Shown here in pieces: positions 9,415 through 18,631 of a DNA stretch of 37,960 nt. The position numbers and the translations under genes are program-made. The notes under the pieces were generated by a model. That model was not told the origin of the DNA, made no database searches, and saw only the letters and a program-made list of their open reading frames with translations. The number at the start of each line of letters is the position of its first letter. The stretch's first letter is position 1. Origin of the DNA: a virus. Lineage: Duplodnaviria > Caudoviricetes. The stretch lies in the IMG/VR virus record IMGVR_UViG_3300037423_000844, positions 1 through 37,960 of that record; one strand, written 5' to 3'.

Positions 9415-10773
9415 ATGCCAGACGTTACTACCACCAGCAGCACGCAGATGCCTGCATGGGTGCAGCCTTACGCTGCCGGCTACCTCCAGCGCGCTCAGAA
9501 CGTTGCCGATATGCCGTACCAGGCGTATCAAGGCCAGCGGGTAGCGGCCCTGACGCCCTACCAGACTCAGGCGTATCAAGGCCTGTATCAGCGCGGCATG
9601 CAGGGGAGCCCCGTCATGGGGGCCGCAGAGACGGCGCTCACGGGCATGATGGATGGCAACTACCAGCAGGCCACGGCCAACCCGTACGGCCGCGTCCAGG
9701 CCCAGGGCGGCGGCGCGCAGATCAGCGCCGCGCAGAACCCATACGGCTACGTGCAGAGCCAGGGCGGTGGACAGGCGGTGAGCGCATCGGCCAATCCCTA
9801 CGGCTACACCACGACGCCAGGGCAGACGCAGGGCGTTAGCGTGGGCAGCAACCCATACGCCGGCAGCAACCCATACCTGCAGCAGCAAATCGACGCGGCA
9901 TCGCAGGACGTGGTGCGCAACTACAACATGGCCGCGAAGCCGGCCACTGACACGGCCATGCAGCGCAGTGGCTCGTTCGGCAATTCCGGGCTGCAGCAGG
10001 TGCAGGCCATGCAGCAGTCCGACCTGCAGCGCAACTTGGGCAACATCGCCAGCGGCATGCGCATGCAGGACTACACGCAGCAGCAGCAGCTCGGCGAGGC
10101 TGCGCTGAACCGCAGCCTGCAGGGGCAGCAGTTCAATGCTGGGTTGGGTGAAAGCTACGCGAACCGACTGATGCAGGGGCAGCAGTTCAACGCCAACCTC
10201 GGAGAGAACCAGGCCAACCGCGCGTTTCAGGCTCAGCAGTTCAACTCCGGGCTGGGCGAGTCCGCAGCGTCCCGCGCATTGCAGGCGGCCACGACCAACG
10301 CTGGGCTGGGCGAGGCGCAGGCTGGGCGCAGCATGCAGGCTCAGACCTACAACAGCGGCTTGGGCGAGTCTGCAGCGAACCGCAGCCTGCAGGCGGCTAC
10401 CACGAACGCAGGCCTTGGCGAGTCCTATGCCGGCCGCAACGACTCGGCATGGAACACGGCGCAGTCCCGCGCGCTGCAGGGCATGGGTATGGCGCCGACG
10501 TTCGCCAATCAGGACTACACGGACCTCAACGCAATGCTGTCCGCAGGCCAGGGCCTGCAGACGCAAAACCAGCGATACCTGGACGACAGCTACAGCCGGT
10601 TCCTTGAGTCGCGCAACTACCCACAGCAGCAGCTTGACGTGATGCGCCAGGCGCTGGGCGGCGTGAATTTCGGCAACACGCAGACGCAGACCAGTCCCGG
10701 CACGAGCACGGCATCTAGCCTGCTCGGCGGCGCGCTGACCGGCGCGTCCCTCTACAACATGCTGTTCGGGTGA
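9415..10773 (+). CDS. Probable DNA ejection/pilot protein with internal repeats
   Basis: PAWVQPY...YQGQRVAALTP N-terminus. Q/A/G-rich, with NPYG repeats and 18-aa LGE repeats. Confidence 0.7.
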   Translation: MPDVTTTSSTQMPAWVQPYAAGYLQRAQNVADMPYQAYQGQRVAALTPYQTQAYQGLYQRGMQGSPVMGAAETALTGMMDGNYQQATANPYGRVQAQGGGAQISAAQNPYGYVQSQGGGQAVSASANPYGYTTTPGQTQGVSVGSNPYAGSNPYLQQQIDAASQDVVRNYNMAAKPATDTAMQRSGSFGNSGLQQVQAMQQSDLQRNLGNIASGMRMQDYTQQQQLGEAALNRSLQGQQFNAGLGESYANRLMQGQQFNANLGENQANRAFQAQQFNSGLGESAASRALQAATTNAGLGEAQAGRSMQAQTYNSGLGESAANRSLQAATTNAGLGESYAGRNDSAWNTAQSRALQGMGMAPTFANQDYTDLNAMLSAGQGLQTQNQRYLDDSYSRFLESRNYPQQQLDVMRQALGGVNFGNTQTQTSPGTSTASSLLGGALTGASLYNMLFG

Positions 10774-10777
10774 TCGC

Positions 10778-12022
10778 ATGGGGTTCGCGCAGACTCTCCA
10801 GGCCGGCCTTGCCGCCAACCGTGCCACGCCTCGCGGGCGGGACGTGCTGATCGCCAACATGCTGGCGGCGCCAAACTCCGCGTTCACTGCCGCGATGCTG
10901 GACAACGCGGAGGCGATCCAGAACGGGTACGGGGAAAACATCTCTGACCTCGTACGGCATATGGGCGGTGTGCAGTCGCAGTACGGCACGATCAACGCCA
11001 CGCGCGACCCCAACGGTGGGGGGTACTCGTACCGCCTCATCAACAACGACCCAGACGGGCGCGGCATGTGGTTCACGCCGCTGACCCGCAACGCAGACGG
11101 CACGGTCACGCGCGGCACGCCGTCCTATGCGCTGCGCGATGGTGGCTGGGGCGAATTCATTACCGCCATAGCAATGATGGCGCCCGCTGTCGGCGGCATC
11201 GTCGGCGCTGCCGGTGGCGCAGCGGCTGGGGCTGGTGGAACTGCGGCCGCGGGTGAGGCGGCCGGCGCTGGTATTGCTGGCGGCTCCGGGATCAGCCTGG
11301 GCGGCACGGGCGCTATGACTGCGGGCGAAGCTCTTGGCGCCGCTGGCGGCTCCGGGCTGTCGCTGGGCGGATCATCGCTCGGCACGTCGCTCGGCGCCGC
11401 CGGTGGTTCCGGGCTGTCGCTGGGAGGCGTGAGCGCCGGCACGGCGTCAAGCCTGGGCGGCACGCTCGGCGCGTCGCTGTCGGGCCTTGGCGACTCCACG
11501 CTGTCAGATGCCGTGCTCAACGGCGCGACGAGCGGCGGCACCGGTGGCGCGCCAGGAGGCGGCGGCGTCAGCGTGCCGTCCACGCCGTCCACAGGCGGGC
11601 TCAGCAGCTCAGATAGTGCCGTCCTGCACAGCAATGAGGGCTACGGGCCAGGCATGACTGGCGCACAAAACACGGCATACAACACCGTGGCCGATCTGAC
11701 CGGCAACCAGCAGCTTGCGAGCCTTGCGGGCGATGCCGCTGGCCTTCCTGGTGTCGGCGGCCTGACGGACGCGGCGTCGTGGCTCAGGAGCAATCCGACT
11801 CTTGGGCGGCTTCTGTTCTCGGCCGGCTCAAGCCTGCTATCCGGGGCGTCCAACAGCGGCGGCAGCGGCGGCGGTAGCGGCGTGGCCGAGACTTACGGCG
11901 CCCCGAAACAGTGGACGTCGGCGCTGCAGCGCGGCCTGTATCAGCAGCCGCAGCAAGTGAGCCTGCCCACGACGCTGGCTGGGCAGCTGGGACTTAACGG
12001 CGCATCGCGCTGGGTGAGGTAA
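10778..12022 (+). CDS. Gly/Ala/Ser-rich probable internal virion (ejection) protein
   Basis: 414 aa, hydrophobic segment then GAAGGSGLSLGG repeats. Tightly packed in the ejection cluster. Confidence 0.6.
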   Translation: MGFAQTLQAGLAANRATPRGRDVLIANMLAAPNSAFTAAMLDNAEAIQNGYGENISDLVRHMGGVQSQYGTINATRDPNGGGYSYRLINNDPDGRGMWFTPLTRNADGTVTRGTPSYALRDGGWGEFITAIAMMAPAVGGIVGAAGGAAAGAGGTAAAGEAAGAGIAGGSGISLGGTGAMTAGEALGAAGGSGLSLGGSSLGTSLGAAGGSGLSLGGVSAGTASSLGGTLGASLSGLGDSTLSDAVLNGATSGGTGGAPGGGGVSVPSTPSTGGLSSSDSAVLHSNEGYGPGMTGAQNTAYNTVADLTGNQQLASLAGDAAGLPGVGGLTDAASWLRSNPTLGRLLFSAGSSLLSGASNSGGSGGGSGVAETYGAPKQWTSALQRGLYQQPQQVSLPTTLAGQLGLNGASRWVR

Positions 12023-12024
12023 GC

Positions 12025-13203
12025 ATGGCACTCGATGCCCTCTTTGACGATCCGCGGCAACAGGGTTTGCTCGCGCTGGGCCTTGGCCTGCTCAACAGCC
12101 GCGGCACGTTCGGCCAAGGGCTTGGCCAGGCCGGGCAGCAGGCTATGGGCGTGATGCAGGAAGCCCGGCAGCGGCAGCGCCTGGCCAGCATGCAGGACAT
12201 TCAGCAGCAGATGGCTCAAATGCAGCTGCAGAACGCACAGCGCGAGGCAGCAAAGCAAACGCAGCTTGAGGCGCTGCGCGGGCAGTTCACGCGCACGCCG
12301 GCGCAGCAGGCTCTGGCCGGCGGCGGTGGCCCTACCGCGGCGAATGCCGAGAAGCTGCAGACGACTCAGCCCGGCTTCGATTACGCGGGCTATGCCGACG
12401 CGCTGGGAAGCATTGATCCTGCTGCGGCCATCACGATGCGTGCCGCACTGGAGAAGGACAACACGCCGATTGCGCTTGGCAAGGGCGGCGCGCTAGTGAC
12501 CCGCGCTGGCAAGGTGCTGGCGAGCAACCCGGACGCTCCGGAACTGCCGTCCGCTGTGCGCGAGTACGAATACGCCAAGGGCCAGGGCTACAAGGGCACG
12601 TTCCAGCAGTTCCAGGTTGAGCAGAAGCGGGCTGGCGCGAACGTCAGCAACCTGACGGTCAACACCGGACAGCGCGGCTTTGACAACACGCTGAAGCTGC
12701 GCGGCGACTTCCGCTCGGAGCCGATCTATAAGGCCCACCAGGAGGTGCAGTCGGCGTACTCACAGATTCAGCAAGCACTGAAGGCCGGGACGCCGATCGG
12801 CGACACCGCGGCCGCAACGAAGGTGATGAAGCTGCTGGACCCGGGCAGCGTGGTGCGGGAGTCCGAACTTGGCATGGCGATGGCGGCCACTGGCCTGGGC
12901 GACCGGCTTCAGAACTACGCGAAGAACATCGTCAGCGGCAACAAGTTGACGCCCAAGCAGCGCACGGAATTCCAGCAGCTTGCCGACGCGCTGTTCGCCG
13001 AGTCAGCCAAGCAATACAACGGCAAGCGCGGCGAGTACCAGGGCATTGCGCAGCGCAACGGATTGAACGTGCCGGATGTTGTCGGCGCCGACGTGCAGAT
13101 CCCCGGAACCCAGCCGGCCGGCAAGGCCGTGAAGCGCACCGGCATGTACCAGGGCCGCAAGGTAGTCGAATACACGGATGGGACGGTGGACTATGCCGAT
13201 TGA
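12025..13203 (+). CDS. Probable ejection protein
   Basis: GLLALGLGLL N-terminus, Gln-rich helices, MKLLDPGSVVRESE motif. GAGG RBS. Confidence 0.7.
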   Translation: MALDALFDDPRQQGLLALGLGLLNSRGTFGQGLGQAGQQAMGVMQEARQRQRLASMQDIQQQMAQMQLQNAQREAAKQTQLEALRGQFTRTPAQQALAGGGGPTAANAEKLQTTQPGFDYAGYADALGSIDPAAAITMRAALEKDNTPIALGKGGALVTRAGKVLASNPDAPELPSAVREYEYAKGQGYKGTFQQFQVEQKRAGANVSNLTVNTGQRGFDNTLKLRGDFRSEPIYKAHQEVQSAYSQIQQALKAGTPIGDTAAATKVMKLLDPGSVVRESELGMAMAATGLGDRLQNYAKNIVSGNKLTPKQRTEFQQLADALFAESAKQYNGKRGEYQGIAQRNGLNVPDVVGADVQIPGTQPAGKAVKRTGMYQGRKVVEYTDGTVDYAD

Positions 13204-15235
13204 TCCGCGCATGGTGAAGTGGGAGGACGCGCCCGCGAAGGCCGGCAAGATTGATCTGAAGTCGGTCGAGTGGGATGACGCGCCGGCAGACGCTGCGAAG
13301 GCCAAGGGCGAGAAGGCGCCGAGCTGGATGAAGGCCGGCAACTCGCTGCTTCAGGGTGCGACGTTCGGCTTCGGAGATGAACTCTCTGGCCTAGCCGGCG
13401 GCGCATCTGCGGCGCTACTGAAGCTGCTGCCGGACGTGCTTGCCGCCAAGCTGGACCCGCGCGACCAGGCGCTTCGTGCCGCATCGCTTGGCGACGCATA
13501 CCGCATGACTCGTGATGCCGCGCGAGGCATGAACGACCAGTTCGCCAAAGACGCCCCGTTGACGAACGCCGCCCTGCAAGCAGCCGGCGGGTTTGCCGTG
13601 CCGATTTCGCCGCTGACCGCAGTGGCCAGTGTTCCTGGCATGTCGCGCGTCGCTCAGAGTGCCAGCAATGTCATCAAGGGGCCGATGCTGCGCATGGGCG
13701 CCCAGGCCGCAAGCTCTGGCGCTGTTTCTGGCGCGATCGGCGGCGTCGGCAACGCGGACTCTATGGATGACGCACTCGATTCAGCGCTGCAGGGTGCCAT
13801 GACCGGCGGCGCTGCCGGTCCTGCTGTCGGCGCGCTGGCCGGTGGCGGTGGAGCGATCGTCAACAACATCCGCAGCCGGTTCAGCGAGGGGGCGGCCGGG
13901 GACATGGCGCGGCGGCGCATCGCGGAGGCGATTGCCCGCGACGAGACGACGGCACAGCGCATGGGCGCGCGCATCAACAAGCTTGGCGACCGCGCGGTGA
14001 TAGCCGACAGCGGGGGCGAGAACGTGCGCAACTTGCTGGACACCGTTGCGGTGATGCCTGGCCAGACGGGCAACCGCGTGGAGCAAGTCATTCGCGGCCG
14101 CCAAGCGGGCCGCGGCGCAGCGCTGATCGGCTCTGCGGAAAAGGCCATGGAAACCGAAGGCCAGCGCCTCGCGCCGGCCACGGCCGCGTGGATTGCGGAG
14201 CGTGAGCAACTCGCGTCCCCACTGTATAAGCGCTTGTACGCAATGAGCGTAACGCCGGACGCCGAGTTGTCGAGCATCGTCCGCGCCGCCGACGAGTTGG
14301 GGGCAACCAAGCTGGCCCGCGACATCGCTACGGCGCGGCAGATGCCGTACACGCTGGACCGCACAGCGCCTCCGGCGTCGTCTGTCACCAATATGACGCG
14401 CACTCAATCCGATTGGTCGATGCGCGACCTGGACCACATCAAGCAAGCCCTGGACACCAAGATCAGCCAAAAGGTGGACAAGGTGGATGGTGGTCTGACC
14501 CCGGAAGGTTCGGCGCTGGTGGCTCTACGGGACGCCCTCAAGTCCAAGCTGGACAACCTGACCGGCGGGGCCTATGCCGACGCGAGAGCCGCGTTTGCTG
14601 GGCCGTCTGCGATCATGGATGCATCGCAGGCCGGGCGCCGGGCAATGCTGGGTGATGACACAAGCATCCGTCAGGCGGTTGCCGGTCTGCAAGGCTCGGA
14701 ACTGGAGGCGTTCAAGCTGGGCGCCTTCGAGTCATTGCGCGCGAAGCTGGGGAAGATGGCCGGGCAGACGGAAATCCTGAATATGTGGCGCGACTCGGCC
14801 ACGCGCGAGAAGCTGCAGGCGCTGTTCCCGAATGAGCGGGCATTCCGGCAGTTCGCGTCCACCACTGCGGCCGAGGCTCGCCTGAAGGGCTTGGAGCGCG
14901 TGGGCCGCGGCTCGCAGACGGCGCGGCGCGAAGCCGGGTTCGATGACCTCAATTCGGCCACGGCGCGCGACAGCTTCGACCTGGCGGCCAGCCTCAAGAC
15001 CGGCAACCCGCTTGGCGTGCTGGAGCGTGCCTCGCGCATCTATGGCCGCGTCGCAACTCCCGAGCCGGTGCGCGATGCCATCGGTCGCTCGCTGCTGACG
15101 CCGCAGTCGCTGGCGGCGCCTGAGCTGCAGAGCATCGAGCAGATGGCAGCTGAAGTGGCTGCCCGCCGCAACGCCCAGGCTGCGGCAAGCGGCACAAGCG
15201 GCGCTGCCGGCCTGCGGGCCCTGCTCGGCCTCTGA
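13193..15235 (+). CDS. Large probable ejection protein
   Basis: Start at ATG 13193. About 680 aa, Ala-rich, QGATFGFGDEL motif typical of podovirus internal proteins. Confidence 0.7.
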   Translation: MPIDPRMVKWEDAPAKAGKIDLKSVEWDDAPADAAKAKGEKAPSWMKAGNSLLQGATFGFGDELSGLAGGASAALLKLLPDVLAAKLDPRDQALRAASLGDAYRMTRDAARGMNDQFAKDAPLTNAALQAAGGFAVPISPLTAVASVPGMSRVAQSASNVIKGPMLRMGAQAASSGAVSGAIGGVGNADSMDDALDSALQGAMTGGAAGPAVGALAGGGGAIVNNIRSRFSEGAAGDMARRRIAEAIARDETTAQRMGARINKLGDRAVIADSGGENVRNLLDTVAVMPGQTGNRVEQVIRGRQAGRGAALIGSAEKAMETEGQRLAPATAAWIAEREQLASPLYKRLYAMSVTPDAELSSIVRAADELGATKLARDIATARQMPYTLDRTAPPASSVTNMTRTQSDWSMRDLDHIKQALDTKISQKVDKVDGGLTPEGSALVALRDALKSKLDNLTGGAYADARAAFAGPSAIMDASQAGRRAMLGDDTSIRQAVAGLQGSELEAFKLGAFESLRAKLGKMAGQTEILNMWRDSATREKLQALFPNERAFRQFASTTAAEARLKGLERVGRGSQTARREAGFDDLNSATARDSFDLAASLKTGNPLGVLERASRIYGRVATPEPVRDAIGRSLLTPQSLAAPELQSIEQMAAEVAARRNAQAAASGTSGAAGLRALLGL

Positions 15236-15622
15236 TTACTGGCAGACCGTGTCCCAGGTGTTGCTGATTCGTACCGTGCGGCATGTGGTCGGCGGCGCGA
15301 CGGCGGGCCTGGAGTTCATCATCTGCAGTCCAAGCGCGGCGCCGCTGAGTGCTGCGGCATCGCGTTGGGTCTGCACGCCTTCAGCCTGAAGCTTTGCGCT
15401 GACCATGCCCAAGTGGGCGTTGCAGTCCACGCGCCGCGACCGGATTGACTGTGCAGCCAAGTCACGGACGTAGTTGCTGCCGCGCCCGCTGATTACCGTG
15501 TAGCAGAGTTCCCAATCAGCCGAGGCGTCTACCGCCGCGCGCTGCTGCTCGGGGGTGCTGGTTGCGCACCCAGATAGCACTGCCAGGGCCGCAAGCGCCG
15601 CGGCCACGAATTTCGTTTTCAT
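15236..15622 (-). CDS. Lipoprotein, candidate superinfection exclusion moron
   Basis: Signal peptide MKTKFVAAALAALAV with LSGC lipobox and GGGGAGAG RBS. Opposite strand within the late operon. Confidence 0.75.
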   Translation of the reverse strand: MKTKFVAAALAALAVLSGCATSTPEQQRAAVDASADWELCYTVISGRGSNYVRDLAAQSIRSRRVDCNAHLGMVSAKLQAEGVQTQRDAAALSGAALGLQMMNSRPAVAPPTTCRTVRISNTWDTVCQ

Positions 15623-15633
15623 CTCTCTCCCCT

Positions 15634-15657
15634 AAGCCCGCCTCGTGCGGGCTTTTT
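15634..15657 (+). terminator. Intrinsic terminator-like hairpin before the tailspike
   Basis: AAGCCCGC-CTCGT-GCGGGCTT followed by TTT. Confidence 0.7.
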
Positions 15658-15671
15658 GCATTGGAGCACGA

Positions 15672-17831
15672 ATGCCAGTACCGACCTCCATCGACCAACT
15701 CAGCACCACGGCCGCGAGCAACAGCCCGAGCGGCAGCGATTCGCCTTCCGTGCTTGATGACCACCTGCGCACTCAGGCGGCGTTCATCGCACAACTGCGG
15801 GACAAAGCGTCCGGTGAGCGCAACGTGATCTCTTATGGCGCCAAGGGTGATGGCGTGACTGACGACACGTCGGCCATCCAGTCGGCCATCAATGCCGGCG
15901 GTGTGGTGCACTTGGGCCCGGGCACGTTCAGCGTCACCGGCCTGACGATGAAGTCCGGCGTGCAACTTGTAGGCGCCGGCTCCACCAACACCAAGATAAA
16001 GCTCGCTGCCAGCTCTAACCGAGACCTGATCGTCGGCCAGAACGCCTACAGCCTGTTCGGCACCAACACGTACGACGGCATCATGTGGTGGTCGATCCAG
16101 GGCATGACGCTGGATGCCAATATGGCGCAGCAGTCTCCGGTAAACCCGGACGCCTGCAATGGCCTGGCGTACTACGGCGCGGCCTACCTGCTGCGTGACG
16201 TGGTGATCGCCAACGCCAAGGGCCATGGCATCCGCAGCGAGTATTACGCCTACGGCGAGACGGACGGCGGCATGGAGGCCGTCATCGACAACGTGCGCAT
16301 CGACCGCTGCGGCCGGCATGGCTGGTGGGCCAAGGGCCCCCACGACCATCACGTCATCCACATGATCGTGATCGACGCCAGCCAAGAGGCGGACAACACG
16401 TACTGCGGCTGCTACGGCGATGGTTATTTCAACGGCCGGTTCTTCAACTTCCACGCCTGGCACCGCAACCCGACGACGAATCGCCAGAAATTCGCCATGT
16501 CCAGCCCCGGCGTGTGCGAGTTCATTGCCTGCCACTTTGAGGGTGGACGTGCGCAGCTTGAGCACCGCGGCCAAGGCGACCGCGTGGTGTCGTGCAACAT
16601 CTACGCACACAAGGGCTCGGCCGGCACGGCGCTGGTCGTTATGGGCGGCAGCGATAACGAACACACAGACTGCTACTACCAGGGAGAGGGTGCTGATCGC
16701 TACGCCATTGAGATCCGCGGCTCCAGCAACCGCATCTCGGGCAAGTTCATCGGCTTCGGTACGCGGACTCCTTTTAACTTCGCGGTCGACACGGGCTACA
16801 ACGTCATCATCGGATCGGGTTGGGCGGCCAGCGGCGGCGCAACGACCTTCGGCGGCACGCAACACAGCACCACGCGCGTGACGTACCGGCAGGGCGGCAC
16901 GGCCATTGACGTGACGCAGATCGGCTCGCTGTCGTCGGTGGAGGTGACGGGGCAGGCGTCGCTCGGCGGCGCGGCTGGCAGCGAGAGCTTGCGCGTGAAC
17001 AACACGCCCAGCGGCGTGAACCGCCTGGAGTGCTACGCGGGAACCACTGGCAATGCTGCCCGGCTCTATGCGGCGGGCGAAACCAACGTTGGGCTGCAGT
17101 TGTCGGCCAAGGGTTCTTCCGCCCTGGATCTCTGCACGGGCAACTTCAACGCCGTGGCGATGCGCGCGCTGCATGTGCAGGACGCGGTGAACCGGCTGGA
17201 GTCCTATGGCGGCACCACGGGCGGCTCCCCGCGCCTGTACGCCGCCGGCAGCGACACCAACATCGGCCTGCAACTGTCTGCCAAGGGCACGGGCAACGTG
17301 GACATTTGCACCGGCATCTTCAGTGCTGTGCAGGTGCGCATTCCGCACGTTGCCAGCGCCGTGAACTACGTGCAGCTGTCTGGTGGCGCCGCCGGAGCAT
17401 CTGTCAAGGTGCAAGCGCGAGGCTCAGATACCAACGTGGATCTGGAGTTGCAGCCGCAAGGATCTGGCGTCATCAAGCTGGGGGCCAAGCTCAACGCCAA
17501 CTCCTATGGGCTGGACAGTGTTCAGTACGTTGCTGGACCAGGATGGACCTTGACGGCCGCAAGCTCTGGCGTGCTCGCCATCGGCTCGTCGTTCGTGGTC
17601 GTCAACGAGGCCGCGCCGGTCAACGTCACCGACATGACGCAGGCCACGGGTGCCAGCGGCATCCCCATGGTCACGATCCGCAACAGCGGTACGAGCGCCG
17701 TCACGTTCAAGCACGACACGACGAAGCTGCGAAACATCAGCGGCGCGGACGTTGTGCTCGGACAGCACCAGAGCATCACCTATGTCCACATTAGCGGCGC
17801 TGTATGGCAGCAGACCGGCGGGAAGGGGTGA
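15672..17831 (+). CDS. Tailspike / tail fibre with pectate-lyase-like beta-helix
   Basis: ATG 15672 after GGAG. Short virion-anchor N-terminus, NVISYGAKGDGVTDDTSAIQSAI motif, beta-helix, three 57-58-aa repeats. Confidence 0.85.
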   Translation: MPVPTSIDQLSTTAASNSPSGSDSPSVLDDHLRTQAAFIAQLRDKASGERNVISYGAKGDGVTDDTSAIQSAINAGGVVHLGPGTFSVTGLTMKSGVQLVGAGSTNTKIKLAASSNRDLIVGQNAYSLFGTNTYDGIMWWSIQGMTLDANMAQQSPVNPDACNGLAYYGAAYLLRDVVIANAKGHGIRSEYYAYGETDGGMEAVIDNVRIDRCGRHGWWAKGPHDHHVIHMIVIDASQEADNTYCGCYGDGYFNGRFFNFHAWHRNPTTNRQKFAMSSPGVCEFIACHFEGGRAQLEHRGQGDRVVSCNIYAHKGSAGTALVVMGGSDNEHTDCYYQGEGADRYAIEIRGSSNRISGKFIGFGTRTPFNFAVDTGYNVIIGSGWAASGGATTFGGTQHSTTRVTYRQGGTAIDVTQIGSLSSVEVTGQASLGGAAGSESLRVNNTPSGVNRLECYAGTTGNAARLYAAGETNVGLQLSAKGSSALDLCTGNFNAVAMRALHVQDAVNRLESYGGTTGGSPRLYAAGSDTNIGLQLSAKGTGNVDICTGIFSAVQVRIPHVASAVNYVQLSGGAAGASVKVQARGSDTNVDLELQPQGSGVIKLGAKLNANSYGLDSVQYVAGPGWTLTAASSGVLAIGSSFVVVNEAAPVNVTDMTQATGASGIPMVTIRNSGTSAVTFKHDTTKLRNISGADVVLGQHQSITYVHISGAVWQQTGGKG

Positions 17832-17925
17832 GCCGTACAAAAGGGGCGGCAAAGCAGCTTTGCGAAGCTGGTCGCCATGGGGCGCAACGAGCGCCAGCAA
17901 TAACAACCTGGCTGGAGTTTTGGCC

Positions 17926-18342
17926 ATGACAACAACGAGGGAGGGCGGCGCAATGGCTGCTGAGACTGGCGCCGCCATTGGCGGCTGGAAATTGCTGTCG
18001 CTCATCGGCGTCGGCGCAATTGGCGCGGTGGTGATGGCCGCCGTGGAGCCGCCGAAATCCCGGCGCGCGCTGTTTGCGCAGGCCCTGGCTGCCGGCGTGA
18101 TGGCGCCGATTTTCACGCCCGCCGCAGTGCGCGCGCTGTCCTCGGCGGGCTTTGTCGACCTCGCGGGCGCCGGCATCGAGCGGTGGGGCGAGGTGGCCTT
18201 GCCGGTGGGGTTCTTGATCGGCTCGCTGTCCTGGGGGTTCGTCGGTGCCCTTGTGAAGATCCGCGCGATGCTGCCTGACCGCGGCGCCGATGCCGTCGCG
18301 CGCCGCGTTGGGCTTGATGCACGGGAGGAGCCTCATGCATGA
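17926..18342 (+). CDS. Putative holin
   Basis: Three hydrophobic segments and a charged C-terminus, upstream of the endolysin. Alternative start at 17953. Confidence 0.65.
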   Translation: MTTTREGGAMAAETGAAIGGWKLLSLIGVGAIGAVVMAAVEPPKSRRALFAQALAAGVMAPIFTPAAVRALSSAGFVDLAGAGIERWGEVALPVGFLIGSLSWGFVGALVKIRAMLPDRGADAVARRVGLDAREEPHA

Positions 18343-18631
18343 CGACTACAGCGACACCGAGCTGCAGGCGAACCATCGCCGCGTGTTGGCGCATCACCGC
18401 GGCGTGAGCGTGTCGATGCCGAGCCTGCCGGACTGGATGCCGGCGGCCCTGGGCGTGCGCGAGATTGTCGGCATCAATTTCGCGCCGGCGCGCGGCGCGG
18501 CGGATCTGCGCACTGAGCTGGGCGGCGACTGGCAGCCGATGACGCGCGCGCAGCAGGGCACCCTGGCGTGCTGGGTGCGTAAGGCAGTGGCGGCCGTGCA
18601 CGCCGTTGCCGCGGAGCCGGCGCATGGCTGA
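18335..18631 (+). CDS. Hypothetical protein in the lysis cassette
   Basis: GGAGGAG RBS before ATG 18335. Overlaps both holin and endolysin. Confidence 0.55.
   Translation: MHDDYSDTELQANHRRVLAHHRGVSVSMPSLPDWMPAALGVREIVGINFAPARGAADLRTELGGDWQPMTRAQQGTLACWVRKAVAAVHAVAAEPAHG

Noticed and set aside
773-17414. Long minus-strand ORFs (773-2185, 2443-4371, 5456-6631, 9400-11118, 15516-17414)
   Set aside because: Antisense shadows of well-supported structural genes, expected in high-GC DNA. No motifs or RBS.
17845-17900. c-di-GMP-I (GEMM) riboswitch resemblance (GGCAAA...stem...GTCGC)
   Set aside because: It lacks the GNRA tetraloop, the receptor and the GCAAAGC junction. Kept only as a generic structured leader.
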